From Octopus vulgaris (Eukaryota), in contig OX597820.1 in the NCBI GenBank assembly GCA_951406725.2, positions 55,986,001 to 56,050,000 of the forward strand: DNA of 64,000 bases, in the 5' to 3' direction. Positions 27,715 through 41,357 of the stretch are shown in pieces. A program made the translations under genes and the position numbers. Every line of letters begins with the position of its first letter. The stretch's first letter is position 1. Below the pieces are notes generated by a model that was not told where the DNA came from, searched no databases, and saw only the letters and a program-made list of their open reading frames with translations.

Positions 27715-28257
27715 ATACATATATACATATATGAAAAACTATTGTTTTTTCATCTAGATGGCATCTCTGAGCCATTAATTTCAGTGATTTTTTTTTCTTA
27801 AGTATTAAGGCCCCTTTAAGTCCTGCTTTGTCAATAACTATTCAGTTTCTCCTGCATTGGTGCCATGAGAAAAATACACTGAGTACACTCTGTGAAGTGG
27901 CCAACAATAGGAAGGAACATCCAGAATTGGAGCTGAATGACATGTAAAAACAGCACTATACAGGAGCAGTGGCTCTTAATAAGAAAGGACTTGGATAGTA
28001 ATAATCTGTTCAATCTATGCCAATTTGGAAAACAGATGTAAAATGACGATGACAATGATAATGACATGATGATGGTGAAAATACATAGAAAATAAAATTA
28101 GAGGCTTTATAAGCTAGCACAAATGCAAGATAGAAAAGATGTGAATGGAACAACGCACAAGAATCAACCCACATATCTGTTGTTATTCGAATGACTATAC
28201 CAACCCTTACTCCAAAGTGACCAGGTGTACTTTGTCCAATGAAATTAATGTTCTTAA

Positions 28258-28476
28258 CCCTTTTGATACCAACCTGGCTGAAACCGGCTCTGGCTCAGTA
28301 CAAATGTGTTGTTTTCATAAGTTTTGAATTAAAATCTTCCACCAAACCTTATTCACAATTTATGTTCCTAACATTAGCTTAATGATAACTAAGTTATTTT
28401 ACTAAATTCTTTGCTATATTTAAAATTAATTGAAAGAAACAGAGAGTATCTCAAAATAAATACAGTAAGGAAAGGG
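28258..28476. mobile_element. piggyBac-type MITE, family 2
   Basis: TTAA(28254-28257)|CCCTTT...AAAGGG|TTAA(28477-28480). An inverted copy is at 56214-56419. Confidence 0.85.
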
Positions 28477-29171
28477 TTAAAGTATCAGTACACCAGCTAC
28501 TTGAGTATATCTTGCTTGCCACATGACAACCTCTGATATTTTGTAGAACATTGTATCTTTTCTATGGCAAAACACCTGCGCTTGGACCTCTATCATACTT
28601 TAGCATCTTGACATCTTGCATAAAGTCACATTTTCCATCTGAAATACACTAGCACACAGTTATCCAAGGGGGTATTTTCTTTTCCCTTTTCCTACTCTTT
28701 TCCTTTCTTGCAAGTTACTTGGTGATCTTGCAAGTGCGGGCAGCAAGAGGAAAAGCACCAGGTACACACTGTAAAGGGGTTGGTGTTTGGAAGGGCCTCT
28801 GTCCACAGAAACCATGCCAACATTGATGATGGAGCTCAACACAGCCAATGTGGCTTGTTGGATCCTGTCAAACCGTTTAAGCCAGCAGGGAAAAGGATGT
28901 TTAATGATGATTGATGATGATGATGACAATGATGATATGTATCACCCTAGGCTCTATAAAAACAATCTAATCTTTTATCTTTTACTTGTTTCAGTCATTT
29001 GACTGTGGCCATGCTGGAGCAGTGCCTTGAAGGCTTTTTAGTTGAACAAATTGACTTCAAGACTTATTTTCTTTTAAGCCTGGCACTTATTTTTGCTGAA
29101 TCACTAAGTTACAGGGATGTAACCATAACAACACCAGTTGTCAAGTGGTGATGGTGGGACAAACAGAGACA

Positions 29172-29211
<40 letters not shown>

Positions 29212-29214
<3 letters not shown>

Positions 29215-29517
29215 GGTGTGGTGAATATACTGTCATCTAAATTATGCAAAAATGAAAATAACACTGACATCTCATTTTAACAGATATATTTATGAAAATT
29301 ACATAAAAATATCTCGAACTACTAAAGAGAAAATTTATTCAATAAAATCGCCATTGGCTTCAACCACAGCCTCCAGATGACTTGAATTGCATCATGATGC
29401 TGTTTTCCCCAAGGACGGTGTCCAACTGACCCTACTATACTGTGTAGTTAACAAAATCAAAAACAAACACAGTGTGAAATAAAAAATATAAAATAGCAAC
29501 AATTTACACATCACACC

Positions 29518-29520
<3 letters not shown>
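29212..29520 (-). mobile_element. Tc1/mariner-superfamily deletion derivative (MITE)
   Basis: TIRs AGGGTGTGGTG.. / ..CATCACACCCTG|TA. Minus strand keeps the transposase C-terminus SHLEAVVEANGDFIE*. Confidence 0.75.
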
Positions 29521-29560
<40 letters not shown>

Positions 29561-29764
29561 CACACACATAAAAGAGGTGAGGACCGAAATCCTTCAAAGG
29601 GGTGTCAAACATCCAAGTCTGCCAGTACAGTCCAAGTAGAGAATATATATAAAAATATATATTCAGTATTTGCAAAACAGTAAATGAAGTATAAAGAAAG
29701 GGAAAATTGTAAGTGTAGACAATCGTTAATTCAGTTCATAATCCAAGTTCTGACAGAACCAATA

Positions 29765-29862
29765 TACATTCTACAAATTGCTTCAGAGTCTAATTAATTA
29801 CAAAGACAAAAACGAAAAACTCTTTATGAAATAAAAAATTAGATTCCTTGTCAGGAATTACA
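29765..29862 (-). ncRNA. degenerate hammerhead motif with long stem II
   Basis: Minus strand: ATTC-CTGACAA-GGAATCTAATT...AATTAGACTCT-GAAG-CAATTTG-TA-GAAT. Same layout as 22879-22971 with two core substitutions. Confidence 0.5.
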
Positions 29863-29973
29863 TACTGGTATGAATAATTATGAACAACAAATATATTCAA
29901 AGACCTTTCATAGCCCAGATGTAAATGAACAAATAAATGAAAGGTAACAAGAACGCGAGATATTCAAAGCTAG

Positions 29974-30020
<47 letters not shown>

Positions 30021-30242
30021 TAATAAAAGGCTCCCAAATAAGGAAGCTTAGTGCTAGAGACACATATACATATATATATATGTATATCAACCACTCCAGC
30101 ATTTTATTAACATTACTATTCACGATATGTAAATATCTACAAAAGACAGATAGATTTGATGAAACAAAAAGTAACGACCGCGTGAGTACCGTTGGCGATT
30201 TTTTCCTCCATCTTGCCTTCTTTGGATCTTTCGTTTTCCTAT

Positions 30243-30279
30243 GTTTCTGACAAAGAGCTCTGCTCAAAACATTAAAACC
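30243..30279 (+). ncRNA. decayed hammerhead motif (GAGC/GCTC stem II family)
   Basis: GTTT-CTGACAA-A-GAGC-TCT-GCTC-AAAA-CATTA-AAAC. All three departures from CTGACGA and GAAACGTTA are CpG-type G to A changes. Confidence 0.5.
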
Positions 30280-30862
30280 TTCTTTTTTCCTTAGCGTCCA
30301 ATAATACTATACTTGTTCCACATCCTCGCGTTGTTGTGTTTTCTCTTTGTGTTTTCATGTTTGGATTAACTTTATATATATATATATATCTATAATACAT
30401 ACATATATATATATATATACACACACACTAGCAGAGATACCCAGGGTTGCCAGTGTTACATGCAATTGAATGTAACATATATATATAGAAATATTATATG
30501 TATGTATTTGTGTGTACAGTATATTGGATAATTGATATCCCATAGTGGGTTACATTCATAACCCCTATCTTACTTTGTATATGTATATATATATATATAT
30601 ATATATGTATATGTGTATATATATATATATACACATATATATATATACACACACATTTATATATATACATATGCATATATGTACATATACATATATACAT
30701 ATGCATATATGTACATATACATATATACACATGCATACATATATATATACATATATATGCATATATAGATATACATACACATATATATAAATATATATAT
30801 ACACTTGTACGTATATATATACATATATATATACATACATATATATATACACGCACATATAC

Positions 30863-30901
<39 letters not shown>

Positions 30902-30962
30902 CAACGCGAGGATGTGGTACATATAAATTATTAGCAGATGCTCAAGGAAGGAAAGAAAGATA

Positions 30963-30998
30963 GTTTAACATTTCAAGCAGATACTCTTCTTCAGAAAC
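30963..30998 (-). ncRNA. hammerhead motif (GAGC/GCTC stem II family)
   Basis: Minus strand: GTTT-CTGAAGA-A-GAGT-ATCT-GCTT-GAAA-TGTTA-AAC. It lies in a repeat (30895-31050) that is an inverted relative of 30190-30372. Confidence 0.6.
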
Positions 30999-31206
30999 AG
31001 AGGAAACTCCAATAGAAGGGAAGACGGAGGAAGAAAATTGCCAACATAATGCATATATTTACACATATATAGAAATATATATACATACATATATATATAC
31101 ATACACACATATATACATATATATCTAATATAGAATGAAATTTTCAAAAAAAATTTTATCAGTGGCCAGCATATTTAAAAAATACCTTTTAGGGTGAAAA
31201 TTATAA

Positions 31207-31389
31207 ACAACTTATAAATAAGGGCTGAAGAAAAAATTTCTTATGCCAAATATGCCGAGAAATAGACTTTAAATCGTCATATAGCCACATATAATTCATG
31301 AATTATATGTGGTTATATGCTGATTTAAAGTCTATTTCTCAGCATATTTGGCATAAGTATCTTTTTCTTTTGCCTTTATTTATAAGTTG

Positions 31390-31390
<1 letters not shown>
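31207..31390. repeat. 184-bp spacer-less palindrome
   Basis: 92-bp arms centred on AATTCA|TGAATT (31298/31299). Confidence 0.9.
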
Positions 31391-31438
<48 letters not shown>

Positions 31439-31462
31439 GTATATACATCTTAATATATATCC

Positions 31463-31493
<31 letters not shown>

Positions 31494-31494
31494 T

Positions 31495-31525
<31 letters not shown>

Positions 31526-32046
31526 CATGGCAGGCGTCTTTCAGTTTCCTTCTGCCAAATGCACTCATAAGGCTTTGGCTGTCTTGAGTTTATAGGAGAA
31601 GACACTTGCCCAAGGTGCCACACAGTGAGATTGAACCTGGAACCATGTGATTGGGAAGTAAGCTTCTTACCACACAGCCACACCTGCTTCTAATGTTAGA
31701 TGTTTTTTAAAGTTATCATTTAATATAGTTCTTACTCTGAAATTCTAAATGTTAATATGATTTTGAGAAGCTCTACAACATAACAACATTAGTAGCAGAA
31801 GATAAAGTAAGCATCTAATTAACCATTAATTTTCATATAAGCCTACTCGCTCAAGAACACACAATCAGTGGCAGGATATGAAATTTTGGGCTCAAGGTCA
31901 GCAAAGTCCAACAACCTGTTCACCCACACCCAAATACCATGCTCATTTCCATTACTACCACCACTATCAAAATCACAACCATCACCACTGCTACATACAT
32001 TATCATCATCATCATTATTATTATTACTATTATTATTATTATTATT

Positions 32047-32545
32047 AAGGTGGCAAGCTGGCAGAATCGTTAGTGTGCTGGACAAAATGCTTAGTGGTAT
32101 TACGCCTGCCAAGAAGTAGTCGCGGAGAGCTGGCAGAAACGTTAGCACACCGGGCGAAATGCGTAGCCGTTTTTCGTCTGCCATTATGTTCTGAGTTCAA
32201 ATTCCGCCAAGGTTGACTTTGCCTTTCATCCTTTCGGGGTCAATAAATTAAGTACCAGTTATGCATTGGGGTCGATGTAATCGACTTAATCCATTTGTCT
32301 GTCCTTGTGTGTCCCCCTCTGTGTTTAGCCCCCTCTGTGTTTAGCCCCTTGTGGGTAGTAAAGAAATAGGTATTTTGCCTGTCGCTACATTCTGAATTCA
32401 AATTCTGCTGAGGCTGATTTTGCCTTTCATTCTTTCAGGATCAATAAATTAAGTACCAGTGAAACACTGGAGTCAATATAATTGTCTAGGCTCTGCCCAA
32501 CAAATTTGAGCCATTGTGCCTTGAGTAGAAAGGATTATTATTATT
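32047..32545 (+). mobile_element. SINE family B with a second family B SINE nested inside
   Basis: Imperfect TSD GGTATTACGCCTGCC (32096-32110) / GGTATTTTGCCTGTC (32369-32383). Confidence 0.8.
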
Positions 32546-33408
32546 ATCATTATTATTATTATTATTATTATCAACGCCTCATCTTTCACACCATCACACC
32601 ACAGCTACCATTTTGACTGCTGTCATCTTGTTGTCACCAGCTGGGTTGGTTGGTTGCTTGGTGCTGTTATTATTGTTGTTGCTGCTGCTGCTACCACCAC
32701 CACCACCACCACCACCTCCTCCTCCTCATTTACTGTTACCTCCTACCACCTGTCTCAGTTTGCAGCTATGTCTCCCACTTTCCTTCTAATCCTCTTTGTT
32801 CTTCACTGTCAACGTCATCATCACTCATAACCTACCACCAGCACCTCTCCTTCCAAAAACTCAGGTCATTGTTTTTGCTCCTGTCCCTCTTTCTCCTCCT
32901 CATTTCCATCATCACCGACATCACCATCATCAGCTCCATGGAACAAGAGGTCAAAAAGTAAACCCCATACTTTTGACATGTTAGAGTTTGTGTGTCATCA
33001 GGAAATGCTTAATTGGCTGAAGAGAAAAACACTTACAAGCACAGTAGAAGAGAAAACACTATGGCCATACAGAGAGAGACGATGCACTACTGTGAAGCTA
33101 TGTGCACTGTCCAAACAGTAGATCAGAAGATAAAACCCAATGAGTACTTAACTGTCACAAAAGAACAGACATCCTGAGATACAGAGCTAGAAATAGATAG
33201 ATGGATAGATAGATAGGAAGAGACTGATAGATAGATAGATACATATGAAAATGGCCAGTAATGCATTTGTGTGAATAAATTTGTTCAGCCAGGTCACTGC
33301 TGTTATCTCCCTTTCATTCAGCCTCTTTCTTCTGGCTATTTCATCATGTTGAACCGTTAATCCCTACGAAAACTACTTTTTCTTTCTCGTTTTTCTTTTC
33401 CTCTCAAT

Positions 33409-33446
33409 TCTTTCTCCCAAAGAGCATAGGCTCGAAATGTAAAAGA
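33409..33446 (+). ncRNA. decayed hammerhead motif, related to 41320-41357
   Basis: TCTTT-CTCCCAA-A-GAGC-ATAG-GCTC-GAAA-TGTA-AAAGA. Stems are preserved; the 5' core is eroded. Confidence 0.45.
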
Positions 33447-35039
33447 CTTTCCCATTCTTCCCGAGCATTAAATTAATACACCTGCTAGTTGTTCCTACAC
33501 TTGTCTTCATCTTTTGTTTTCAGTGAATTTGAACTAGATAGATAGATAGATAGAGAAATAGAAAGAAAAGGAGATAAATATAAATGGATAACAAGGGAGA
33601 TAAATATAGAGGTAGATAGATAGATGGATAGATTGATAGATAGATGTTAATAATGCTGGAGCACCACTTTTAGTCGAACAAATCGACCTCAGGACTAATT
33701 CTTTGTAAACCTAGAACTTATTCTATTGATCTCTCTTGCCAAACTGCTAAGTTACAGGGACATAAACACACCAGCATCAGTTGTCAAGCAAGGGTGGGGG
33801 ACAAACACAGACACACAAACACATACACATTTATATTTATGGTGGGCTTCTTTCAGTTTCCTTCTACCAAACCCAATCACAAGGCTTTGGTTGGCCTAAG
33901 GCTACAGTAGAAGACACTTGCCCAAGATGCCACGCAGTGGGACTGAACCCAGAACCATGTGGTTGGTAAGCAAGCTACTTACCACACAGCCACTCCTGAT
34001 ATATATATATATATATTTATACATACACATCATTATCATCGTCATCATCTTTTAGCATCCATTTTCCATGTTGGTATGGATAGGACATTTTAGCCAGAGA
34101 TAGCAAGCCGGAGAGCTGCACCAGCTTCCAGTTTGATTTGGCTTGGTTTCTACAGCTGGATGCCCTTCATAACACCAACCACTTTACCGTGTGCCAGGTG
34201 CTTTTAATGTGGCACCAGTATGAATGAGCACTTTCATGTGGTGCTGGCACAAGTGCTTTTTGCATGGCACTAGCATGACAGACTTCTTTCAGTTTCTGTC
34301 AACCAAAGCCACTCATAAGTCTCTGATATACCTAGGGCTATAAAAGAGGCTTGCCCAAGTTTCCACACAGCAGGACTGAACTTGAAATCATGTGGGTGGG
34401 AAGCAAGTTTCTTAACCACACCTGCACCTGGTCACCAATACTTCATACATAAATGAAATAAAATTTGTTGTATGCTAGCTAGTCTTATTGCTTAACCCTT
34501 TCAAATTTAAACCAGCCCAAATATTGCGCCAGTGTACCAGTTCACACCATCCAAATCTTGCTCTCTCACCTATCCTACAATGTCATTCTAAAAATAGACA
34601 ATCACATCATTGAGATCTCCAAGCTGTGAAATAATGCATGATTAATTCAAAATGATGTAAATAAAAATTAGATTTGACACAGAAATCTGAATGCTAAGGG
34701 ATTGAAAATTGTATTTTAAATTTCCTGTTTGTTGGTTGTTTAATTAAATGATGATGATGGTGATGTGTAAACTCTAATTACTGAAAAAACAGAATGCAGG
34801 CAATTAATTCACTTGCACAAAATTGCCAGGTGGTAAATGCAATGAAACGAGTTGGGAACCCTTGTTCTAAACAGTCACTTAATTTGGTAGAAACAGCAGT
34901 CAAATCTCCCTCAAATGACACCCTACTGAATTAAGAAAGGAAGGCAATGTAATAACTGTAATTAGGCATAAAGACTAGATGATTTTTTTGATAAGTCTAC
35001 TCTGTCAGGCCTGACCTGGAGTTAAGCAACAAATACATA

Positions 35040-35871
35040 TAGATGACTGCACTGGTATGGTTACATGTTGCGTATGAATGAGGACAGTTGTGTGAAAAAG
35101 TGTCACAGCAGTAGAGGAAACCTGTGGAAGAGGTAGAACTAGGAAGACCTGGGATGAGGTGTTGAAGCATGACCTTTGAACGTTGGGCCTCATGGAGGTG
35201 ATGACAAGTGACCGAAACCTTTGGAGTTATGCTATGCTTGAGAAGACCTAGGAAGCCAAGTGAGACCATAACCATGGCTTATGCCAGTGCAGAATAACCG
35301 GCCCATTTAAGAGTACCCGTCAATCATTGGGCCATGAACTGCACTTGCGAAGACCTGTTGAGTCAAGTGAAGTCATTGTTGTGGCTGATGCCAGTACTGC
35401 CTGATTGGCACTCATGCCAATGGCACATAAAAAGCACTATTTGAGCATGGTCGATACCAGTGCCACCTGATTGGCACCCATGCCAATGGCACATAAAAAG
35501 CACCATTCGTGCATGGTCGATACCAGTGTCGCCTGACTGGTCCTGTGCTGGTGGCATGTAAAAAGCACCATTCGAGAATGGTCAATGCCAGTGCCACCTG
35601 ATTGGCTCCTGTGCTGGTGGCATGTAAAAAACTCCATTCAAGTGTGATTGATGCCAGTACTGTCTGACTGGCCCTCATGCCGGTGGCATGTAAAAAGCAC
35701 CCACTGCACTCTCGGAGTGGCTAGTATTAGGAAGGGCATCAAGCTGTAGAAACTTTGTCAGATCAGATTGGAGCTTAGTGCAGCCTTCTGGCTTGCCAGC
35801 CCTCAGTCATTCATCCAACCCGTGCTAGCATGGAAAGCAGACTTTAGACGACGATGATGATGAAGATGATG
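35040..35871 (+). mobile_element. RTE-clade LINE 3' end with 66-bp tandem repeats in the 3' UTR
   Basis: RLHWYGYMLRMNEDSCVKKC..GRGRTRKTWDEVLKHDL, about 4.7 x 66-bp units (35391-35702), (GAT)n tail. Related pieces at 36178-36722(+), 21437-21757(-), 43704-43930(-), 7240-7433(+). Confidence 0.8.
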
Positions 35872-36145
35872 AAATATATATTAAAAGATGACTCCATCAG
35901 TCATGAATGACCATGTGTGCACCTAAGAGGTTCTCCCTCCAGGCTGGTTTATGGAAAACCAGCCTCCTCTCTCCATGCCACCGATGTTATCCAAGGGAAA
36001 GGCAAAGGTCGATACAGCTAGGCAACAGTGATGTTGCAACTCATTTCTACAGCTGAGTGAACTGGAGCAATGTGAAATTGTTTATGTCCTCCTTCTTCCA
36101 GTGATTGAATTGATGATATATATATTGATGATATATATATATTGA

Positions 36146-36180
<35 letters not shown>

Positions 36181-38218
36181 GTGGTCAAGCATGACCTTCA
36201 AATGTTGGGCCTCACAGAGGCAATGACAAAAGACTGAGACCTCTGGAGATATGCTTTGACTGTGAAGACCCGACAATAAAGTGAGTTCATGGCTGTATCC
36301 TACACCAGCTTCACACAACCAGCCCCAGCCCATTCAAAGTACCTTGGATTGCAGGACGGCCTGCTATGCTTACCTTGGATTGTGGGGCGACCTACTGTGC
36401 TTGAGGAGACCTATTGAATCAAGTACATCAACATCAAGATAAAAATCAAATGGAAATTGTAGTTGTGATACCTGTGCCAGTGGCATGTAAAAAGCACCAA
36501 CTGATCATGGCCATTGCTAGCCTCCTCTGGCCCTTGTGCCGGTGGCACATAAAAAGCACCTACTACATTCATGGAGTGGTTGGCGTTAGGAAGGGCACCC
36601 AGCTGTAGAAACACTGCCTGATCAGACTGCAGCCTGGTGCAGTCTCCTGGCTTCCAGGACCCCGGTTGAACCATCCAACCCATGCTAGCATGGAAAACAG
36701 ACATTAAACGATGATGATGATATATATCATCAAATTTTTGCTGAACAGCCTGCACAGATGATTTGTTTATAGTAATAAAATGCTTGTCCTGAACATTACC
36801 TCATTCCTTCCATCAAATTGACATTGACATGTGGCATGTAGCAGGGTATGCCACATTCCACATGTCAAAGTGATTGCAGAGTAATGTGAAACGAAGTGCC
36901 TTGCCCCAGAACACAATGCACCACTAGTCCAGTAACTGAAACCACATCACACTAAGCACTAGGCCACATGTCTTTACACATACACATCAACAACAACAAC
37001 AACATCCACATCAATAACTTCAATTTTAATTCTTCCAGGGTCAATAAATTAATTACAAGTCAATTACCAATCATAAGGACATAATAAATTTAATTATATC
37101 TTGCCCCTTGCTACATCTATAAATTTGAGGTTGTGGGCAGAAATGGTAGAGTACTAGATGACATACCTTATAGTATTTAATTACATACCTCAATATTCTC
37201 AATGCTAGGTGGGGATTCTGCCTTTCAGTTCTCTTGGGAGATTTAATAAACTACAAACCAGTTGTTGTTTAGCCACTGTCAAGTGCAGATTCAATAGCCC
37301 TATGGTCAAAGGTATTCCATAGCTGGAATCAATCATGACTTTTCAGATATCATCATCATCAGTCAACATCTGTTTTCCATGCTGGCATGGGCTGGACGAT
37401 CTGACCAGAGCTAGTAAACTGGAGAGCTATACCAAGTTCCAGCCTAACTTAGCTTGGTTTCTATGACTGGATGTCCTTCCTAATGCCAACCACTTTACAG
37501 CATATGCTGGGTGCTTTTCATGTAGACTGGCATGGGTGCTTTTTATGTGAACCAGTACATTAGTATATTTGGGTTACATTATCTTATGTTGTCCTTCCCT
37601 TTTTATATATGTAGGGTGTTATTTTAAAGATATTTGGATTATTTCTAGCTGAATGACCTTGCAGAGGCTCACTTGTTATTTTCTATCAGTAATCCAATGA
37701 ACTGTGTTTACCAATAAAACTTGTTGTTTTATTGCCAGAGTTAGAAAGGAGCCACTCCTTCAGTTATAGGGGCCACTTCAGGACCTATAAAGTAATGAGG
37801 CAATCATCACTGGTGTTGATGCCATTAAAAAGCAATCCAGTTCACTCTGTAAAGTGGTGGACATTAGAATGGGTATACAGCAGTAAAAATACAAGACCAT
37901 GATGCAGTCCTCCAACTCATCAGATCCCATCAAATCTTCCAAACGATGCCAGCATGAAAGGCAGGCATTAAAAGATGATGACAATGATGATAACGATGAT
38001 GATGATGATGTTGTTGCTTACATATCTAACGTTAATTATATTTAGACAACAGATCATACAAAGGCACTTTTCAACCCATACTAATTTTCATGGACAGCAC
38101 TACCATCTTTTACACATGCACACTCACACACATGCATACATTTACACACACACACACATGCATGCATTTACACACACACACACACACTCATACACACACA
38201 CACATACACACACACACA

Positions 38219-38827
38219 ACAGTGGTTCCAGAAATTCTGAGCCAGAAACTACAGCCTAGAAGACGAGCCTTGTCATGAAAGATGTGTAGAGTTCAATGAG
38301 GACGTCCTGCAAACCCTGGCGGAATGAAATCCCATCATAACTGTTGAAGAACTAGCAGAGAAGCTTGGATTTAGTCATTTAACCATTCATCAACACTTGC
38401 ATGCCATTGAAAAAGTCAGCAAATTGGGTCAATGGGTTTCTCAAAAAAATTTCCGAGTCTAATGTTAGGCCACATACAGCAAGGATGACATTCCAAAGGC
38501 TGGAGCAGTTTCAATGGGAAACGATGCCCCACCCACCATATTTGCCAGACATTGCCCCATCTCATTATCATTTATTCTGTGGTCTTCAAAATCATTTGGA
38601 TGGAAAAAATATGAATTCTGTAGATGAGGTCAGAACAGTACTGGAGGAGTAGTTTTCCTCATGGACAAGTAAATTTTGGAAGAGGGGGTCTTGCAAGACT
38701 ACCAAATAGAAGAGCATTGTAGAAATTGAAGGAGAGTATATTTTTGATTAAAATAGAACTTTGCTTATCTTGATTTTGTAAAATAAAAGACGTATAAAAA
38801 ATCTGCATTATTTATTGGATGACCCAA
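38219..38827 (+). mobile_element. decayed mariner transposon, second family
   Basis: WFQKF...LEDEP HTH remnant, RPHTA..MPHPPYLPDIAPSHYHLF (ORF 38401-38652), right TIR ...TTATTTATTGGATGACCCAA. Confidence 0.85.
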
Positions 38828-39354
38828 AACTTATATAATATACACCCATAAATAGACATGGGTAACTTTCTGAGATATATGTAAATATACTTGGCTGAAT
38901 CATCATTAATTGTACAGTTATCAAAACACAAAGAAAGATTTGACCTGAGAACCACGATTATTCACAAACATTTTATTCTAATAAACACACACAAACACAG
39001 ACCTGTATGTGCCAACACGTATACAGACACAACTCAGACCCATACAAACAAGATACTGGAATTGCATTTGTCAAAGCAACAAATTGCTGGAATATTACTG
39101 ACACACATACTAAAATATACATTAAAAGTGATAGAATGTGTTACTTCAACAGAAACAGTTTATAATGTCAACACATAACAAAACACAATTGCTAGTTAGT
39201 TAGTTTCCCTACTTTATTCAATTGAATTCATGAGGGTTTCTAAGTAATGAATGTGTTTATGGAGATGTGATTTGCTGTACTTCATAAAACAAGCCAAGGC
39301 CAAGCTAAGCAAAAATCACTGTCAACCACATACAAGCTTGTCCTTTCAGGTGCT

Positions 39355-40510
39355 TGTACCACACAAAAAGCACCAGTATTGCATACATGTACCACACAAA
39401 AAGCACCAGTGTTGCACACATGTACCACACAAAAAGCACCAGTGTTGCACACATGTACCACACAAAGAGCACCAGTGTTGCATACATGTACCACACAAAA
39501 AGCACCAGTGTTGCATACATGTACCACACAAAAAGCACCAGTGTTGCATACATGTACCACACAAAAAGCACCAGTGTTGCATATATGTACCACACAAAAA
39601 GCGCCAGTGTTGCATACATGTACCACACAAAAAGCACCAGTGTTGCATACATGTACCAGATAAAAAGCGCCAGTGTTGCATACATGTACCACACAAAAAG
39701 TGCCAGTGTTGCATACATGTACTACACAAAAAGCACCAGAATTGCATACATGTACCACACAAAAAGCACCAGTGTTGCATACATGTACCACACAAAAAGC
39801 ACCAGTGTTGCACACATGTACCACACAAAGAGCACCAGTGTTGCATACATGTACCACACAAAAAGTACCAGTGTTGCATACATGTACCACACAAAAAGCG
39901 CCAGTGTTGCATACATGTACCACACAAAAAGCACCAGTGTTGCATACATGTACCACACAAAAAGCACCAGTGTTGCATACACGTACCACACAAAAAGCAC
40001 GAGTATTGCATACATGTACCAGATAAAAAGCGCCAGTGTTGCATACATGTACCACACAAAAAGCGCCAGTGTTGCATACATGTACTACACAAAAAGCACC
40101 AGAATTGCATACATGTACCACACAAAAAGCACCAGTGTTGCATACATGTACCACACAAAAAGCACCAGTGTTGCATACATGTACCACACAAAAAGTGCCA
40201 GTGTTGCATACATGTACCACACAAAAAGCGCCAGTGCTGCATACATGTACCACACAAAAAGCGCCAGAATTGCATACATGTACCACACAAAAAGCAGCAG
40301 TGTTGCATACATGTACCACACAAAAAGTGCCAGTGTTGCATACATGTACCACAAATAAAGTGCCAGTGTTGCATACATGTACCACACAAAAATCACCAGT
40401 GTTGCATACATGTAACACACAAAAAGCACCAGTGTTGCATACATGTACCACACAAAAAGCGCCAGTGTTGCATACATGTACCACACAAAAAGCACCAGTG
40501 TTGCATACTT
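39355..40510. repeat. 33-bp minisatellite, about 35 units
   Basis: Unit CATGTACCACACAAAAAGCACCAGTGTTGCATA. It runs into an RTE-type 3' tail at 40530-40690. Confidence 0.97.
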
Positions 40511-41104
40511 GCACCTATACCAGTGCTGCATGTAAAACACATCCAGGACACTCTTAAGTGGTCGGCATCAAGAAGGGCATCCAGCTGTAGAAACCATGCT
40601 ACAACAGAATATTGGAGTCTGGACATCTCCCAGCTATCCAGTTCCATGTCAAACTATCTAACCCATACCAGCATGGAAAGTGGATAGTAAACAAAGCAGC
40701 TATGAGCCCACAAAATTAGGGATGCTCAGTTGGAGACAGTTGCAGGAGATGAGCCTGTGTTTCTTCGTTATATGTATAAAGAAGGAATAACACTATATGA
40801 TGGCCAATGTTATTTCTTCTTTAAGTTTAAGTTACAAAGCTGAATAAATGGAGAGGAGTCAGAACAAGATGCAATCTCCAAGTGGTTTAAATCACAAGTC
40901 TCCCATATCCAGGTGGCTAGACCGTGTCAGCAGAAGGGACCTGGATACAGCCTGTCCCCCTTAGAATATAAGGAGATAAGGGCTGAAACACTTGCCTAAG
41001 GGAGTTTCTTCTCAAAAAGACCTTCAGCTGTTTAGCCCTCTGGAGTTTCTTACCACTATATGTGTGTATATATAGCAACCAATTATGCTCACACACACAT
41101 ATAG

Positions 41105-41152
<48 letters not shown>

Positions 41153-41319
41153 CGGACTAAGAAACTCAGAGTAACAGGTTTTGTTGAATTTTCTGCTGCT
41201 TTAAATAAAGTATATATATATGTATATATAAAGGGTAAGTTTATGAATAAACAAAAGACGAAGACAGGTGGTGTACAAACAAACAGATGTATTAGTATAG
41301 CGCTCAGGAACAGAAAAAG

Positions 41320-41357
41320 TCTTTAACGTTTCGAGCCTACGCTCTTCTACAGAAAGA
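41320..41357 (-). ncRNA. minimal hammerhead motif with variant core CUGUAGA
   Basis: Minus strand: TCTTT-CTGTAGA-A-GAGC-GTAG-GCTC-GAAACGTTA-AAGA, with palindromic AACGTT stem III. Lies in a ~185-bp element (41225-41410) between (TA)n tracts. Confidence 0.65.

Larger units (their letters stand above)
28972..31688 (-). mobile_element. SINE family A split by ~2.3 kb of nested insertions
   Basis: 3' half at 28972-29210 and 5' half at 31526-31688, in the same orientation and collinear. Confidence 0.65.

Noticed and set aside
32650-32984. Pro/His-rich ORFs as an exon
   Set aside because: Low-complexity trinucleotide sequence with no recognisable domain or supported splice structure. A UTR or lncRNA cannot be excluded.
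39251-40687. 478-aa His/Cys-rich ORF as a metal-binding protein, or the array as CRISPR
   Set aside because: The unit is 33 bp (a multiple of 3) and largely stop-free in all six frames, it lies in a LINE tail, and it has no unique spacers.
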